Virus record (IMG/VR): IMGVR_UViG_3300030390_001438
Length of the DNA stretch: 64,000 nt
Direction: 5' to 3' (one strand)
DNA from: an uncultured virus (IMG/VR IMGVR_UViG_3300030390_001438)
Taxonomy: Duplodnaviria; Heunggongvirae; Uroviricota; Caudoviricetes; Crassvirales
Below are positions 1 to 8,196 of the stretch, one piece after another; position 1 is the first letter of the stretch, and the number at the start of each line of letters is the position of its first letter. Below the pieces are notes generated by a model. That model saw only the letters and a program-made list of their open reading frames with translations. It did no database searches and was not told the origin of the DNA. The translations under genes were made by a program, and so were the position numbers.

Positions 1-306
1 ACCAGAACGAGCAGATGTTAAAGCTGTTCCTCCTGCGATGTCTACAGTTTCACCGTCACTAATAGTTGCGCTACCTCCACTGTCTCCAGTTAAAAGCCAG
101 CTTGACATTGAACCTGAACTTGTTCCTACTGTTACCCAGCTACCTGAGCCAGTGTGATATTTAAGAACATTTGAATCGGTTCTGTATATTAATTGACCTT
201 CACCAGTTAGTGTAGCAGGATCAGCTGTTACATTATCAACTTTAAACTCTATAAGCTCTGAGTTTTGAAGGTTTATATTTGCAAAATACTTAATATCTGC
301 TGCCAT
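1..306 (-). CDS. Tail fibre-like protein, 5' part (runs off window start)
   Basis: Manually translated, not in ORF track: MAADIKYFANINLQNSELIEFK...GSMSSWLLTGDSGGSATISDGETVDIAGG; same repeat type as 62700-64000. Confidence 0.7.
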   Translation of the reverse strand, partial: MAADIKYFANINLQNSELIEFKVDNVTADPATLTGEGQLIYRTDSNVLKYHTGSGSWVTVGTSSGSMSSWLLTGDSGGSATISDGETVDIAGGTALTSARSG

Positions 307-324
307 AATTTTTTTTCTTTTTTA

Positions 325-1062
325 TTAATTAAAAATTGCTCTACCAGTAAACTGGTTATTAAATGTTAAAGTGCATTGATTTAAACTATCGTAATCCACT
401 TGACACTCTACTTCTTCGTCTGACGCATTTATTACTGAGACTGACGGTAATTTGTTTAAATTGTGATTTACTACAAAAACATCGTTTGAGGGAGCTAAAG
501 TCACAACAGCATTTTTATCTCCAGGAACGTTTGTTCCATAGTCCAACAAAGATATAAAATAATCTTCATTATGTTCGAAGCCCCCGTTACTTGCTGTGTG
601 GGTTAAGCTTATGTCGTAAAAATTTGGTTCACCTCCAACTTGAGCCGAAGCTACCCACGAAAAAATTCCCCATTGAGATATGTCAGAACATTTGGATATG
701 ATTACTGTTGAGCCAACTAAAGGTGCAGTATACCAAGATGATATATCTACATTAGGATGTCCTATTTGAGATTTACTAATTCTAAATCCTGTAACAGATG
801 AAAAAGCAAACACCGCTGCTTGTTGAGGGTTAAAAGTAATACTTCCTGAGTTTCTTACTGTTTGACCAGGAACATTAGGGTCTATAATTTGATAATAAAA
901 ACGAGGAACATCTAATTGCACTCTTGCATCAAGATTTAAAAAATCAGCAACTGATTGTGCTGTAAAGTTTTTAGTAGCATTTAAAAAACTGGCATCTGTG
1001 CCAATCCACTTATCATCCGCCTTTACAACATCTTGATTTACATATGTACTAATTCTTGCCAT
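325..1062 (-). CDS. Virion structural/fibre-associated protein
   Basis: N-terminal MARIS..D..I.TD...TK motif shared with 55972-56502; C-terminal VNHNLN domain resembles end of 62700-64000. Confidence 0.55.
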   Translation of the reverse strand: MARISTYVNQDVVKADDKWIGTDASFLNATKNFTAQSVADFLNLDARVQLDVPRFYYQIIDPNVPGQTVRNSGSITFNPQQAAVFAFSSVTGFRISKSQIGHPNVDISSWYTAPLVGSTVIISKCSDISQWGIFSWVASAQVGGEPNFYDISLTHTASNGGFEHNEDYFISLLDYGTNVPGDKNAVVTLAPSNDVFVVNHNLNKLPSVSVINASDEEVECQVDYDSLNQCTLTFNNQFTGRAIFN

Positions 1063-1064
1063 TC

Positions 1065-1466
1065 TTATTTTTTAATAGATTTGCCTTTTTCGTAAGATCT
1101 GCCTCCAAAATATGCTGCGGTTATTGTAATTAACAACATTTTTAAAAGTTCTTTCCACTCATCATCAACTGCAAAGTTAATAAATCCTGAGTCAATAAAG
1201 ATAAGCAACACTGTAGATACAAATAAAAAAATCAAAGTTAATGGACGTACTGATTTGCTTAGTTTATTATCACTGGACATATCATGCCTCCATCTTTCAG
1301 TAACATTTTTTTGTTGTTCTTTTTCTGCTTCAATAAAAATTTCTGTCATAGTTTTTTCAAACTCTGCCTTTTCATCTTTAGTTCTAATAAACTTGTCAGC
1401 AATATTTGACAGTTTATCAGCAACATTAGTTGCTCCGTTTCCAAATAATTTATTTAATATACTCAT
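1065..1466 (-). CDS. Putative holin (3TM/GTA-holin-like)
   Basis: Likely start MSILNKLFG; RW..DM.SD..LSK.VRPL motif, two clear TM segments, YFGGRS.EK end; near endolysin. Confidence 0.7.
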   Translation of the reverse strand: MSILNKLFGNGATNVADKLSNIADKFIRTKDEKAEFEKTMTEIFIEAEKEQQKNVTERWRHDMSSDNKLSKSVRPLTLIFLFVSTVLLIFIDSGFINFAVDDEWKELLKMLLITITAAYFGGRSYEKGKSIKK

Positions 1467-1470
1467 TGTA

Positions 1471-1752
1471 TTAGCATTTCCACCTTCTTCGGGCTTGTCG
1501 TATTCTCGAATTAGGATCATTTTGTGTAGATGCACTACTTCTTTTTAATTGGCCTAAACTTCTTGCGCAATAAGATTTTCTCCTTTTAGCAGGCTTACTA
1601 CCAGCTTTTACGTTGCCTGTAACAGCAGTTTTTAATTTACTGCCAGGGTTTGCCTTACGATAAGCGGCAACTCCTTTCTTTGTCATTCCCGCCCCCTTCT
1701 TAGTAGGTCTATAGTTAGCGCCTTTACCCTTGGTAGTTTTTCTTATAGCCAT
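1471..1752 (-). CDS. Small basic protein, SYCARS...RWKC family
   Basis: K/R-rich 93 aa; motif shared with 6282-6536. Confidence 0.75.
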   Translation of the reverse strand: MAIRKTTKGKGANYRPTKKGAGMTKKGVAAYRKANPGSKLKTAVTGNVKAGSKPAKRRKSYCARSLGQLKRSSASTQNDPNSRIRQARRRWKC

Positions 1753-1871
1753 TATTTTTTCTTATGCGTATAGCCTTTTTTCTTTAAAGCTAAATGCTGT
1801 TTCATGGTTGTAGCTTTTTTTGCTATTCCTGTTTTACTGTACATATTGTGTACTTTAAATTTTTTAGCCAT
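1752..1871 (-). CDS. Small basic protein A1 (39 aa)
   Basis: Manual: MAKKFKVHNMYSKTGIAKKATTMKQHLALKKKGYTHKKK; TAATG coupling; paralog at 6914-7051. Confidence 0.8.
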   Translation of the reverse strand: MAKKFKVHNMYSKTGIAKKATTMKQHLALKKKGYTHKKK

Positions 1872-1872
1872 A

Positions 1873-2034
1873 TTATTTCTTTTTTTTCATTTTAGCTCCT
1901 GCGATTCTGTCTGCTTGAGTAGGTCTTGGATTATTATCAATACCTGCTCTCACGCTTAACATTCCAAAACGATCTACGTCTTTGTTTTTAAAAGTTAATT
2001 TGTCGTAATCTTTTTTGTTCATTTTTTTTGCCAT
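1873..2034 (-). CDS. Small basic protein B1 (53 aa)
   Basis: Manual: MAKKMNKKDYDKLTFKNKDVDRFGMLSVRAGIDNNPRPTQADRIAGAKMKKKK; paralog at 7051-7212. Confidence 0.8.
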   Translation of the reverse strand: MAKKMNKKDYDKLTFKNKDVDRFGMLSVRAGIDNNPRPTQADRIAGAKMKKKK

Positions 2035-2186
2035 TATTTTTTATTTTTTGGTAATGATTTTATTTTTCCATTTTCAGTTCTTGCATATCTATGCGTAGAA
2101 GTTTCTTTACTTGCTATTAAAGTTCCGCAATATCTGCCATCGCCATATTGCCAACATACTTTTTTTCCTTTAGTTCTGCCTGCCAT
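2034..2186 (-). CDS. Small basic protein C1 (50 aa), possible SH3/Tudor-like fold
   Basis: Manual: MAGRTKGKKVCWQYGDGRYCGTLIASKETSTHRYARTENGKIKSLPKNKK; paralog at 7212-7364. Confidence 0.8.
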   Translation of the reverse strand: MAGRTKGKKVCWQYGDGRYCGTLIASKETSTHRYARTENGKIKSLPKNKK

Positions 2187-2188
2187 TT

Positions 2189-2647
2189 TTATATAATTTT
2201 ATATTTAGTCTTACCGTCTTTTTTATATGCCTTTAAACATCTTTTTCTATTTTCTTCTTTTGATACATAAGAAACATGAATCCAATTTGGGTTCATGTCT
2301 GTTCCAAATTCCCATATTAATTGATCAAAGTCTAAGTTTTCACGAATGTACGCAAACATTTCGGAATTGCTTTTATGCCCATATACATCATCAATATCAA
2401 TTGCCTGACCTTTACAATGCTGACTGGTACTCACGCCACCAATAGCCTCATTTAAAAATGTAGATCTGAAAAAAGAATTAACTTTTATAGCTCCATCTAC
2501 CCAAGACCTTAGTGGTTCAAAGACTTTTTCAGCAATTAACTTCATTGCTTCAACTTGTGTTGGATTTGGAGTGTTATCTATTCCTTTGCGTTTTGCAGTA
2601 TTAGAATGTATAGCCTCTGCATAAGTTATATGTTTGCTTATTATCAT
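2189..2647 (-). CDS. Endolysin, peptidase M15 family
   Basis: NSFFRS, SQH.KGQAIDID and WIHVSY Zn-peptidase motifs. Confidence 0.85.
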   Translation of the reverse strand: MIISKHITYAEAIHSNTAKRKGIDNTPNPTQVEAMKLIAEKVFEPLRSWVDGAIKVNSFFRSTFLNEAIGGVSTSQHCKGQAIDIDDVYGHKSNSEMFAYIRENLDFDQLIWEFGTDMNPNWIHVSYVSKEENRKRCLKAYKKDGKTKYKII

Positions 2648-3909
2648 AATTCAATGTTAAGTCCTATTGTAGATTTAAAAATTTCAGTATCCCAAAACTT
2701 AGTATATTCTCCTTCAACAAATAATCCTAAATTTGAGCTTATGTTCCATCCTAAAATTAATCCAAACTGATAGTCTTCCCATTGCTCTAACTCAGAATCT
2801 TCAATCAAACCGCCAAGCCCCCAGTTGTTTCTATTTAAATAACTAAAAGCCTCATCACCTTTAAAATATTTGTGATACGGTAAAATGTAATTTGCATATG
2901 CATGAATCCATGCCTTTTCATTATAACTGTAAAAATCCGCACCCACAATAGGGGCTACTTCTGCAAACGCATCTAATAAATCCCACTGTTCTCTGTTGTA
3001 TCTATTCATTAAGTCAGCAAAAACTGTTTCACGAAATTCTAAATCTGTATTAGCAACTACATTTCCATTTGGATCAACCCATAACCAATCTTGAGACTCA
3101 TTACCAGACTCATCTGTTAATGTATAAAATATATCATCATATCCATATTCAAACCCTAAACTGTACCAAGGATTAGCGGCATACTCATATGAGTTTCCTT
3201 CAGGATCAATATATTCAGTTGTTTCATTTAGCCATATCTCTACTGGATTGTATCCAAATGCTTGTTCATGAGTTCTGGCTATCACACCAGCACTAACACT
3301 AAACTTTTTACCAATAGGTAGTCTGCCTCTAATTTCAGCTGAGTTATATTCAAAACCCACATTGCCTTCAGCTCTTGATTCTACTTTAGCAATGTGATAC
3401 TTACCCGTATGCCTAAGAAAGTAACGGTGATTTATAAACTCCTCACCTCTCTCCCTTTCTTTTTCCCAATGAAATAAATATTCAAACCCATTAAATGCAG
3501 CGGTAGGAGAAGAAAGAGCTACGTTTTTTTCTGTGCCATCGTAATAATTTTTTTCTTTGTTTTCGTAATCAAACCTTGCTATTCTTCTAATTCCAAAACC
3601 ATATCTATAGTCGTAAGGAAAATATTCTGTTGCGTCCTCCACAACAGGTACGTCATACAAGCTTCCACTTGGATTTGTTCTTACAACATAATCTATACTT
3701 TGTTTTTGATAGGGATTGTTAACACTTCCAGCAATATAAACTGTACCGTATTTAAAAAAATCTTCGTATACCTTTTTAAAAAACATTTTTTTACCAAACC
3801 CTTTTTTTAATTTTTCAGTTTGATTTTCTGAAAGAGTATCCTGTGATGTTGCTTGAGCAGATGAATTTACAAATGTAAATACTAAAATAATGATAATGAA
3901 TTTTTTCAT
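2644..3909 (-). CDS. Secreted protein, probable outer-membrane beta-barrel
   Basis: Signal peptide MKKFIIIILVFTFVNSSA; aromatic-rich alternating strands; ends STIGLNIEL. Confidence 0.6.
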   Translation of the reverse strand: MKKFIIIILVFTFVNSSAQATSQDTLSENQTEKLKKGFGKKMFFKKVYEDFFKYGTVYIAGSVNNPYQKQSIDYVVRTNPSGSLYDVPVVEDATEYFPYDYRYGFGIRRIARFDYENKEKNYYDGTEKNVALSSPTAAFNGFEYLFHWEKERERGEEFINHRYFLRHTGKYHIAKVESRAEGNVGFEYNSAEIRGRLPIGKKFSVSAGVIARTHEQAFGYNPVEIWLNETTEYIDPEGNSYEYAANPWYSLGFEYGYDDIFYTLTDESGNESQDWLWVDPNGNVVANTDLEFRETVFADLMNRYNREQWDLLDAFAEVAPIVGADFYSYNEKAWIHAYANYILPYHKYFKGDEAFSYLNRNNWGLGGLIEDSELEQWEDYQFGLILGWNISSNLGLFVEGEYTKFWDTEIFKSTIGLNIEL

Positions 3910-3911
3910 GC

Positions 3912-4250
3912 TTAAAATTTACTTTTTACTATTTTGTTTATTTCTTTTTGTATTCTTTTTAAAGATCCTTCTGGAAGCTTTAAAGTAATATCACTCTCCA
4001 CCTTTACAATTAACTTCCTGTTGTGATACAAGCAGACTGTAGGTAGGTATTTTATTTCTTCTTTTTCAAAAATTTTAGGATGATCAGTCATAGCTAATCT
4101 CAATAAATCAGCACCTTCCAACTTGCTTATATCTATTTCGTTAGCCTTAACAAAATCGGCAGAATATTGTATTACTACAATTCCGTCTTTATAGGATTGG
4201 GCAAATGTAAGTGATGGTATTAAAAATAATATTACTATCCATGATCTCAT
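3912..4250 (-). CDS. Secreted thioredoxin-fold-like protein lacking CxxC
   Basis: Signal peptide; VVIQYSADF and IKYLPTVCLY resemble thioredoxin strand and cis-Pro motifs. Confidence 0.5.
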   Translation of the reverse strand: MRSWIVILFLIPSLTFAQSYKDGIVVIQYSADFVKANEIDISKLEGADLLRLAMTDHPKIFEKEEIKYLPTVCLYHNRKLIVKVESDITLKLPEGSLKRIQKEINKIVKSKF

Positions 4251-4531
4251 CTTTCTTTTGTCATTTCATAAAGACGCTCTTCCAACTTGCTTAAAGTTTC
4301 TTTCATCTCCTTTACATCGTCTTGGGTTGTCATTATTGCATCTCTAATTATTTGGTCTTTATATTGAAACTCTGTCGAGGTAACTTCAGGTTTTGGCAGC
4401 TCCATTGCTTTTGCAATATCTGCTTGTAGAATAAAGTACATAGAAGATAATGATACTGCAAATCCTACAATCATAGAAATTGTTTTTAAATCTAATGTGA
4501 CTTTTGTATCTTCTCCTATTTGTTGAGCCAT
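4247..4531 (-). CDS. Single-TM protein with C-terminal coiled coil
   Basis: TM ISMIVGFAVSLSSMYFIL; heptads in DVKEMKETLSKLEERLYEM. Confidence 0.65.
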   Translation of the reverse strand: MAQQIGEDTKVTLDLKTISMIVGFAVSLSSMYFILQADIAKAMELPKPEVTSTEFQYKDQIIRDAIMTTQDDVKEMKETLSKLEERLYEMTKER

Positions 4532-4532
4532 A

Positions 4533-5300
4533 TTACCAGATTGCTAAACAATTATTGTCTGCGGATGCATCTGTACCAGTATCGAATAATTGTACTACTT
4601 GAACAGGTAGATATTTACCTACAGGAAAATTACTAAACGTAACTATACTTCCAGCGGTCGTTTTTACTTTAACGTCAACAAAAGATTTTTCTACATCCAT
4701 AGAGGCATCACTACTTCCTACATATAATAAACATCCTTCAGAAGAATTTATTCTTGACGAACCGTTAGGGCCGCCTAAAAATATTTTATAGTTATCATCC
4801 CAAGTTTCACTTCCATCAAATAAAGTATCTGAAAGAGTTAAATCTACTTCACTGTTTATAGCAGTAACAGTTGCTGAAGTTCCAGCTGTAGTGTTATAAA
4901 CAATATCACCAACGCTTACGCCCTTAGTAATAAATGTTTCTCCACTAACAATTAGATGGTTTACTTTTACAATTGCATAAGTTTCAGTTCCATTAGGAAA
5001 TATATCTGCTCCTAATGGTATTACAGTTGCTCCAATAGGTGCTACCGCTGCAGTTGCTGCTCCAGACACTATAGAAATAACTCTATCTCCTACTACTACT
5101 GGTAAAGGAGGTGTTGCTGATAGGAAGTTTGCAGTTGTATCTACTAATTGATTAACAACATTATCGTTTGCTGTTCCGTTTGCAATTCCTGTAGAAGTTC
5201 CCGATATAACGGGTAAGCCAGGTGCTGGTATTGTAAGTGTGTCACTGGATATCACTTCTAATGATAATCCTGTGTTTACGGTAATTTTTGGGTATGCCAT
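4533..5300 (-). CDS. Virion structural protein with two copies of a beta-rich domain
   Basis: T/G/V-rich; GV.VGD.V type motif twice. Confidence 0.55.
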   Translation of the reverse strand: MAYPKITVNTGLSLEVISSDTLTIPAPGLPVISGTSTGIANGTANDNVVNQLVDTTANFLSATPPLPVVVGDRVISIVSGAATAAVAPIGATVIPLGADIFPNGTETYAIVKVNHLIVSGETFITKGVSVGDIVYNTTAGTSATVTAINSEVDLTLSDTLFDGSETWDDNYKIFLGGPNGSSRINSSEGCLLYVGSSDASMDVEKSFVDVKVKTTAGSIVTFSNFPVGKYLPVQVVQLFDTGTDASADNNCLAIW

Positions 5301-5337
5301 TTTTTTAATTTTGAGGGTTAAAAATCTCTTTTACTAA

Positions 5338-5493
5338 TTATCTTTTATAAGGAAACTTTCGATTTAAACTATCTCGTCTTTCAGAACAACCACAGTCTTT
5401 TCCTATTATCTTTCCTACTCTTTGAACAGCAGAATGTATTCCTGTTGCTTTTGTTACTTTTTGAATTGAATCACCTAAACCTCTTGATTTCAT
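5338..5493 (-). CDS. Small basic protein (51 aa) with CGC motif
   Basis: Manual: MKSRGLGDSIQKVTKATGIHSAVQRVGKIIGKDCGCSERRDSLNRKFPYKR; ATGA overlap with upstream gene. Confidence 0.75.
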   Translation of the reverse strand: MKSRGLGDSIQKVTKATGIHSAVQRVGKIIGKDCGCSERRDSLNRKFPYKR

Positions 5494-5684
5494 TTCTTTC
5501 CCATGTTTACTGGTTCTGGCATGTTTACTTCAGGAATATTTGATTCAGGTTTACAAAGGCATTGTGATACTGGACATTCATCTACATTAAATATTAATTT
5601 AGATATTAGCCAATTCCATTTACATTGAAATTTGCACCATACGTTCTGCATCCAGATACCTAATTTTACAAATAATTTTCCCAT
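5490..5684 (-). CDS. Small Cys/Trp-rich amphipathic protein
   Basis: 64 aa in tightly packed operon; five Cys. Confidence 0.65.
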   Translation of the reverse strand: MGKLFVKLGIWMQNVWCKFQCKWNWLISKLIFNVDECPVSQCLCKPESNIPEVNMPEPVNMGKK

Positions 5685-5690
5685 AGTTTT

Positions 5691-5855
5691 TTAGGTGTTG
5701 TATATTGTTTTTCTTTTTACATGAGGAACAAATTGAACTGTTGAATTAGTTGCAACTATTGCCTCTGGTTTTTTTTCTCCTTCTTTTTTTACTGTTTTAC
5801 TTTTAGTAACAGTTTTTTTTGGAGAAGCATCTTTCTTTGAAATTTTTTTCGCCAT
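5691..5855 (-). CDS. Small basic protein (54 aa) with SPKK
   Basis: Manual: MAKKISKKDASPKKTVTKSKTVKKEGEKKPEAIVATNSTVQFVPHVKRKTIYNT. Confidence 0.7.
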   Translation of the reverse strand: MAKKISKKDASPKKTVTKSKTVKKEGEKKPEAIVATNSTVQFVPHVKRKTIYNT

Positions 5856-5871
5856 TATATTAAATTTGAAT

Positions 5872-6036
5872 TTATTTTTTCTTTCTCATGTTTTTAAGAT
5901 TCATAGCAAAGTTATATGCTTTAGAACCTTTGGGGCATGTTTTACTTCCAAGTTTTTTACCAGTACATTTTCCTAATGTACCTTTTTTTTTGGCTTTAGC
6001 AAAAACATCTTGTATGAAACCCTTTTTTTTACTCAT
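5872..6036 (-). CDS. Small basic protein (54 aa)
   Basis: Manual: MSKKKGFIQDVFAKAKKKGTLGKCTGKKLGSKTCPKGSKAYNFAMNLKNMRKKK; TAATG coupling. Confidence 0.75.
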   Translation of the reverse strand: MSKKKGFIQDVFAKAKKKGTLGKCTGKKLGSKTCPKGSKAYNFAMNLKNMRKKK

Positions 6037-6251
6037 TACTTTTGAATAAGCTTTCCTAAATGCGCATGTACTTTTCCGTCTTTAATGCATTTATGTTCGT
6101 AGCTCATAGAATGATCTCCTCCGTAAGAATGTCCATATTCTTTTTTAGACATACCTTTACTTTCATCTCTTCTTGATTTATAAGATTGAGACTTCTTTCC
6201 GTTTTTTGATCCTAAAGACTCATCGAGTCTTGCATTGTATCCTTGTTTCAT
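6036..6251 (-). CDS. Small basic protein
   Basis: 71 aa ORF just downstream of a TAnnTTTG promoter. Confidence 0.7.
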   Translation of the reverse strand: MKQGYNARLDESLGSKNGKKSQSYKSRRDESKGMSKKEYGHSYGGDHSMSYEHKCIKDGKVHAHLGKLIQK

Positions 6252-6267
6252 AACTTTTAATTTTATA

Positions 6268-6275
6268 CAAATATA
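6268..6275 (-). promoter_or_regulatory. Bacteroidota-type -7 promoter element
   Basis: TATATTTG on - strand 16 nt upstream of ATG at 6251. Confidence 0.6.
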
Positions 6276-6281
6276 ACAATA

Positions 6282-6536
6282 TTATTTTTTAGATTTTTTA
6301 CCAACACACTTCCATCTTTTACGAGATAAATTGTTTGGTGTATTAGGGTCATTTCTTTTACCAATAGGTAATCCCATTTTTATTCCATAGCTTCTGGCAC
6401 AATATGAATCTCCTTTGGAAGTCCCTGGCTTTACTCTTGGGCCACCGCCTTTAGCTTTACCTGCTTGTCCATAACTTACCTTTTTTCCAGAAGCAGTAAT
6501 TTTAACTTTTGCTTTTCCTTGTCTCGGTTTTGCCAT
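6282..6536 (-). CDS. Small basic protein, SYCARS...RWKC family
   Basis: Shares SYCARS.G...NDPN....R.RWKC with 1471-1752. Confidence 0.75.
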   Translation of the reverse strand: MAKPRQGKAKVKITASGKKVSYGQAGKAKGGGPRVKPGTSKGDSYCARSYGIKMGLPIGKRNDPNTPNNLSRKRWKCVGKKSKK

Positions 6537-6542
6537 TAACCT

Positions 6543-6917
6543 TTATTTTTTATACCTTCTTACCATTCTTCCCTTAATATATTTTGCTCTCATTCTTCCT
6601 ATAACATTATTTCTTAATTTGCGAGTTTTAATTTTACCTTTTTCCCCTTTTTGTCTAATGTTAGTTACTGTATGAGATCCATCTTTATTTTTTTTAATAA
6701 ATTTTGTTTTTGACTTATAAGTCCCTTTTTCACCTTTTTCTTTTATAACTTCTCGTGTCGAAGACATTTCATTCTCTCCTGTCTTTAAAGATTTCTCAAC
6801 TATTTTAGATTTATATTTGCCTTTCTCTCCTTTTTCTTTAATAGACTCTTTCATTGTGCTTTTAACAGAAATATTAGGTCTTTTTTTTGCAGGCTTTTTT
6901 TTCTTTTTGATAGTCAT
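6543..6917 (-). CDS. Lys-rich protein with internal KGEKG repeats
   Basis: KEKGEKG.YKSK twice plus QKGEKGK. Confidence 0.7.
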   Translation of the reverse strand: MTIKKKKKPAKKRPNISVKSTMKESIKEKGEKGKYKSKIVEKSLKTGENEMSSTREVIKEKGEKGTYKSKTKFIKKNKDGSHTVTNIRQKGEKGKIKTRKLRNNVIGRMRAKYIKGRMVRRYKK

Positions 6918-7051
6918 GATTTTTTCTTTGCTCTTCTTTTGTCGTGATTATAACCTCTTTTTTTTAATGATAAGTGATCAGACATAGTCTTAGCAACTTT
7001 TTTAATGCCTGTTTTACTATACATATTATGTACTTTAAATTTCTTAGCCAT
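6914..7051 (-). CDS. Small basic protein A2 (45 aa)
   Basis: Manual: MAKKFKVHNMYSKTGIKKVAKTMSDHLSLKKRGYNHDKRRAKKKS. Confidence 0.8.
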   Translation of the reverse strand: MAKKFKVHNMYSKTGIKKVAKTMSDHLSLKKRGYNHDKRRAKKKS

Positions 7052-7212
7052 TATTTTTTCTTTTTCATAGTTGCTCCAGCTATTCTATCTGCTTTAGTAA
7101 TCCCTGGATTATTATCAATACCAGCTTTTACACTAAGCATACCAAACTTATCGACATCTTTATTTCTAAATCCTATTTTGTTGTAAGCTTTTTTGTTCAT
7201 TTTTTTTGCCAT
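7051..7212 (-). CDS. Small basic protein B2 (53 aa)
   Basis: Manual: MAKKMNKKAYNKIGFRNKDVDKFGMLSVKAGIDNNPGITKADRIAGATMKKKK. Confidence 0.8.
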   Translation of the reverse strand: MAKKMNKKAYNKIGFRNKDVDKFGMLSVKAGIDNNPGITKADRIAGATMKKKK

Positions 7213-7364
7213 TATTTTTTCTTTTTTGGTAATGATTTTATTTTTCCATTTTCAGTTCTCGCATATCTATGAGTAGAAGTTTCTTTACTTGGTATTAAAG
7301 TTCCACAATATTTGCCACTGCCATATTGCCAACATACTTTTTTTCCTTTAGTTCTACCTTTCAT
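7212..7364 (-). CDS. Small basic protein C2 (50 aa)
   Basis: Manual: MKGRTKGKKVCWQYGSGKYCGTLIPSKETSTHRYARTENGKIKSLPKKKK. Confidence 0.8.
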   Translation of the reverse strand: MKGRTKGKKVCWQYGSGKYCGTLIPSKETSTHRYARTENGKIKSLPKKKK

Positions 7365-7669
7365 TAATCGTAAGGGTTATAAGTTCTTTTACTTTCCTTT
7401 CTTTTTTTCCTTCTCTCAATTTTCTGTTTTACTTTCTGTTTTACAACTTTTTTTATCTTAGAAATTATTTTAGAGCTTTTTTTCTTTTTTTTCTTTTCTT
7501 GGAAATCATCTCCCCTTATAAGAGTTCTGTTTCTTTTCAAGCGTGATTCATCGTTATCCATATCATTATCTTTTAAAAATTTCTGATATCCCACTTTTAG
7601 TTTTGCACACGCCTCTTTGGTTTTAGCTGTGCGTATCATTCCTCCATATCTGTATTCACAATTTGCCAT
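7364..7669 (-). CDS. Lys-rich protein
   Basis: 101 aa; poly-K tract; coupled ORF. Confidence 0.7.
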   Translation of the reverse strand: MANCEYRYGGMIRTAKTKEACAKLKVGYQKFLKDNDMDNDESRLKRNRTLIRGDDFQEKKKKKKSSKIISKIKKVVKQKVKQKIERRKKRKESKRTYNPYD

Positions 7670-7674
7670 TCTTC

Positions 7675-7812
7675 TTATCTTTTTTTGCTTTTAGGAAAAC
7701 CTTTTTTCATATTACTATAAGCTTTTTTTGTAATAGTAGATTTAGATTTAGATCTTGATGTCCCTGCTTTTTTACGTTTATTGATGTTTGCGTACAATCC
7801 GTTTTTAGCCAT
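7675..7812 (-). CDS. Small basic protein (45 aa)
   Basis: Manual: MAKNGLYANINKRKKAGTSRSKSKSTITKKAYSNMKKGFPKSKKR. Confidence 0.75.
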   Translation of the reverse strand: MAKNGLYANINKRKKAGTSRSKSKSTITKKAYSNMKKGFPKSKKR

Positions 7813-7818
7813 TTTATT

Positions 7819-8190
7819 TTATTTTTTCTTTTTTAATATTTTTCTGTAGTTAATAATGGATTTGGCTTTCTTAACGTCTTTAGCTGTATTGGAAATTGTT
7901 TTAATAGCTCCTTTAGCATCAAGGTTTTTTATATTTTTAGCAAGCTTAACAGCTCCTTGTACCACTTTACCAGTTTTAGAATTAGCTACTTTTGTACCTA
8001 CCTTTATTGCTTTATCAGCTCCTCTTCTTACTTTTGTTTTTCCTGTAGAGTTTAACCCTGCTATATTTTTTTTAAGTCTTGCCGTTTTTTTAAGACTACA
8101 CTTTTTAGTTTTAGCACAATTAGCTAATTGTCTTTTTTGCTTCTTTAACGACATCCTTGCTAAAGCAGTCAACTTTGGTTTATCTGCCAT
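7819..8190 (-). CDS. Lys-rich protein
   Basis: 123 aa, K/A-rich. Confidence 0.7.
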   Translation of the reverse strand: MADKPKLTALARMSLKKQKRQLANCAKTKKCSLKKTARLKKNIAGLNSTGKTKVRRGADKAIKVGTKVANSKTGKVVQGAVKLAKNIKNLDAKGAIKTISNTAKDVKKAKSIINYRKILKKKK

Positions 8191-8196
8191 AATTAT

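Larger units (their letters stand above)
6914..7364. repeat. Diverged direct duplicate of 1752-2186 (three-gene cassette)
   Basis: Collinear DNA similarity, e.g. ggtaatgattttatttttccattttcagttct in both copies. Confidence 0.9.
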
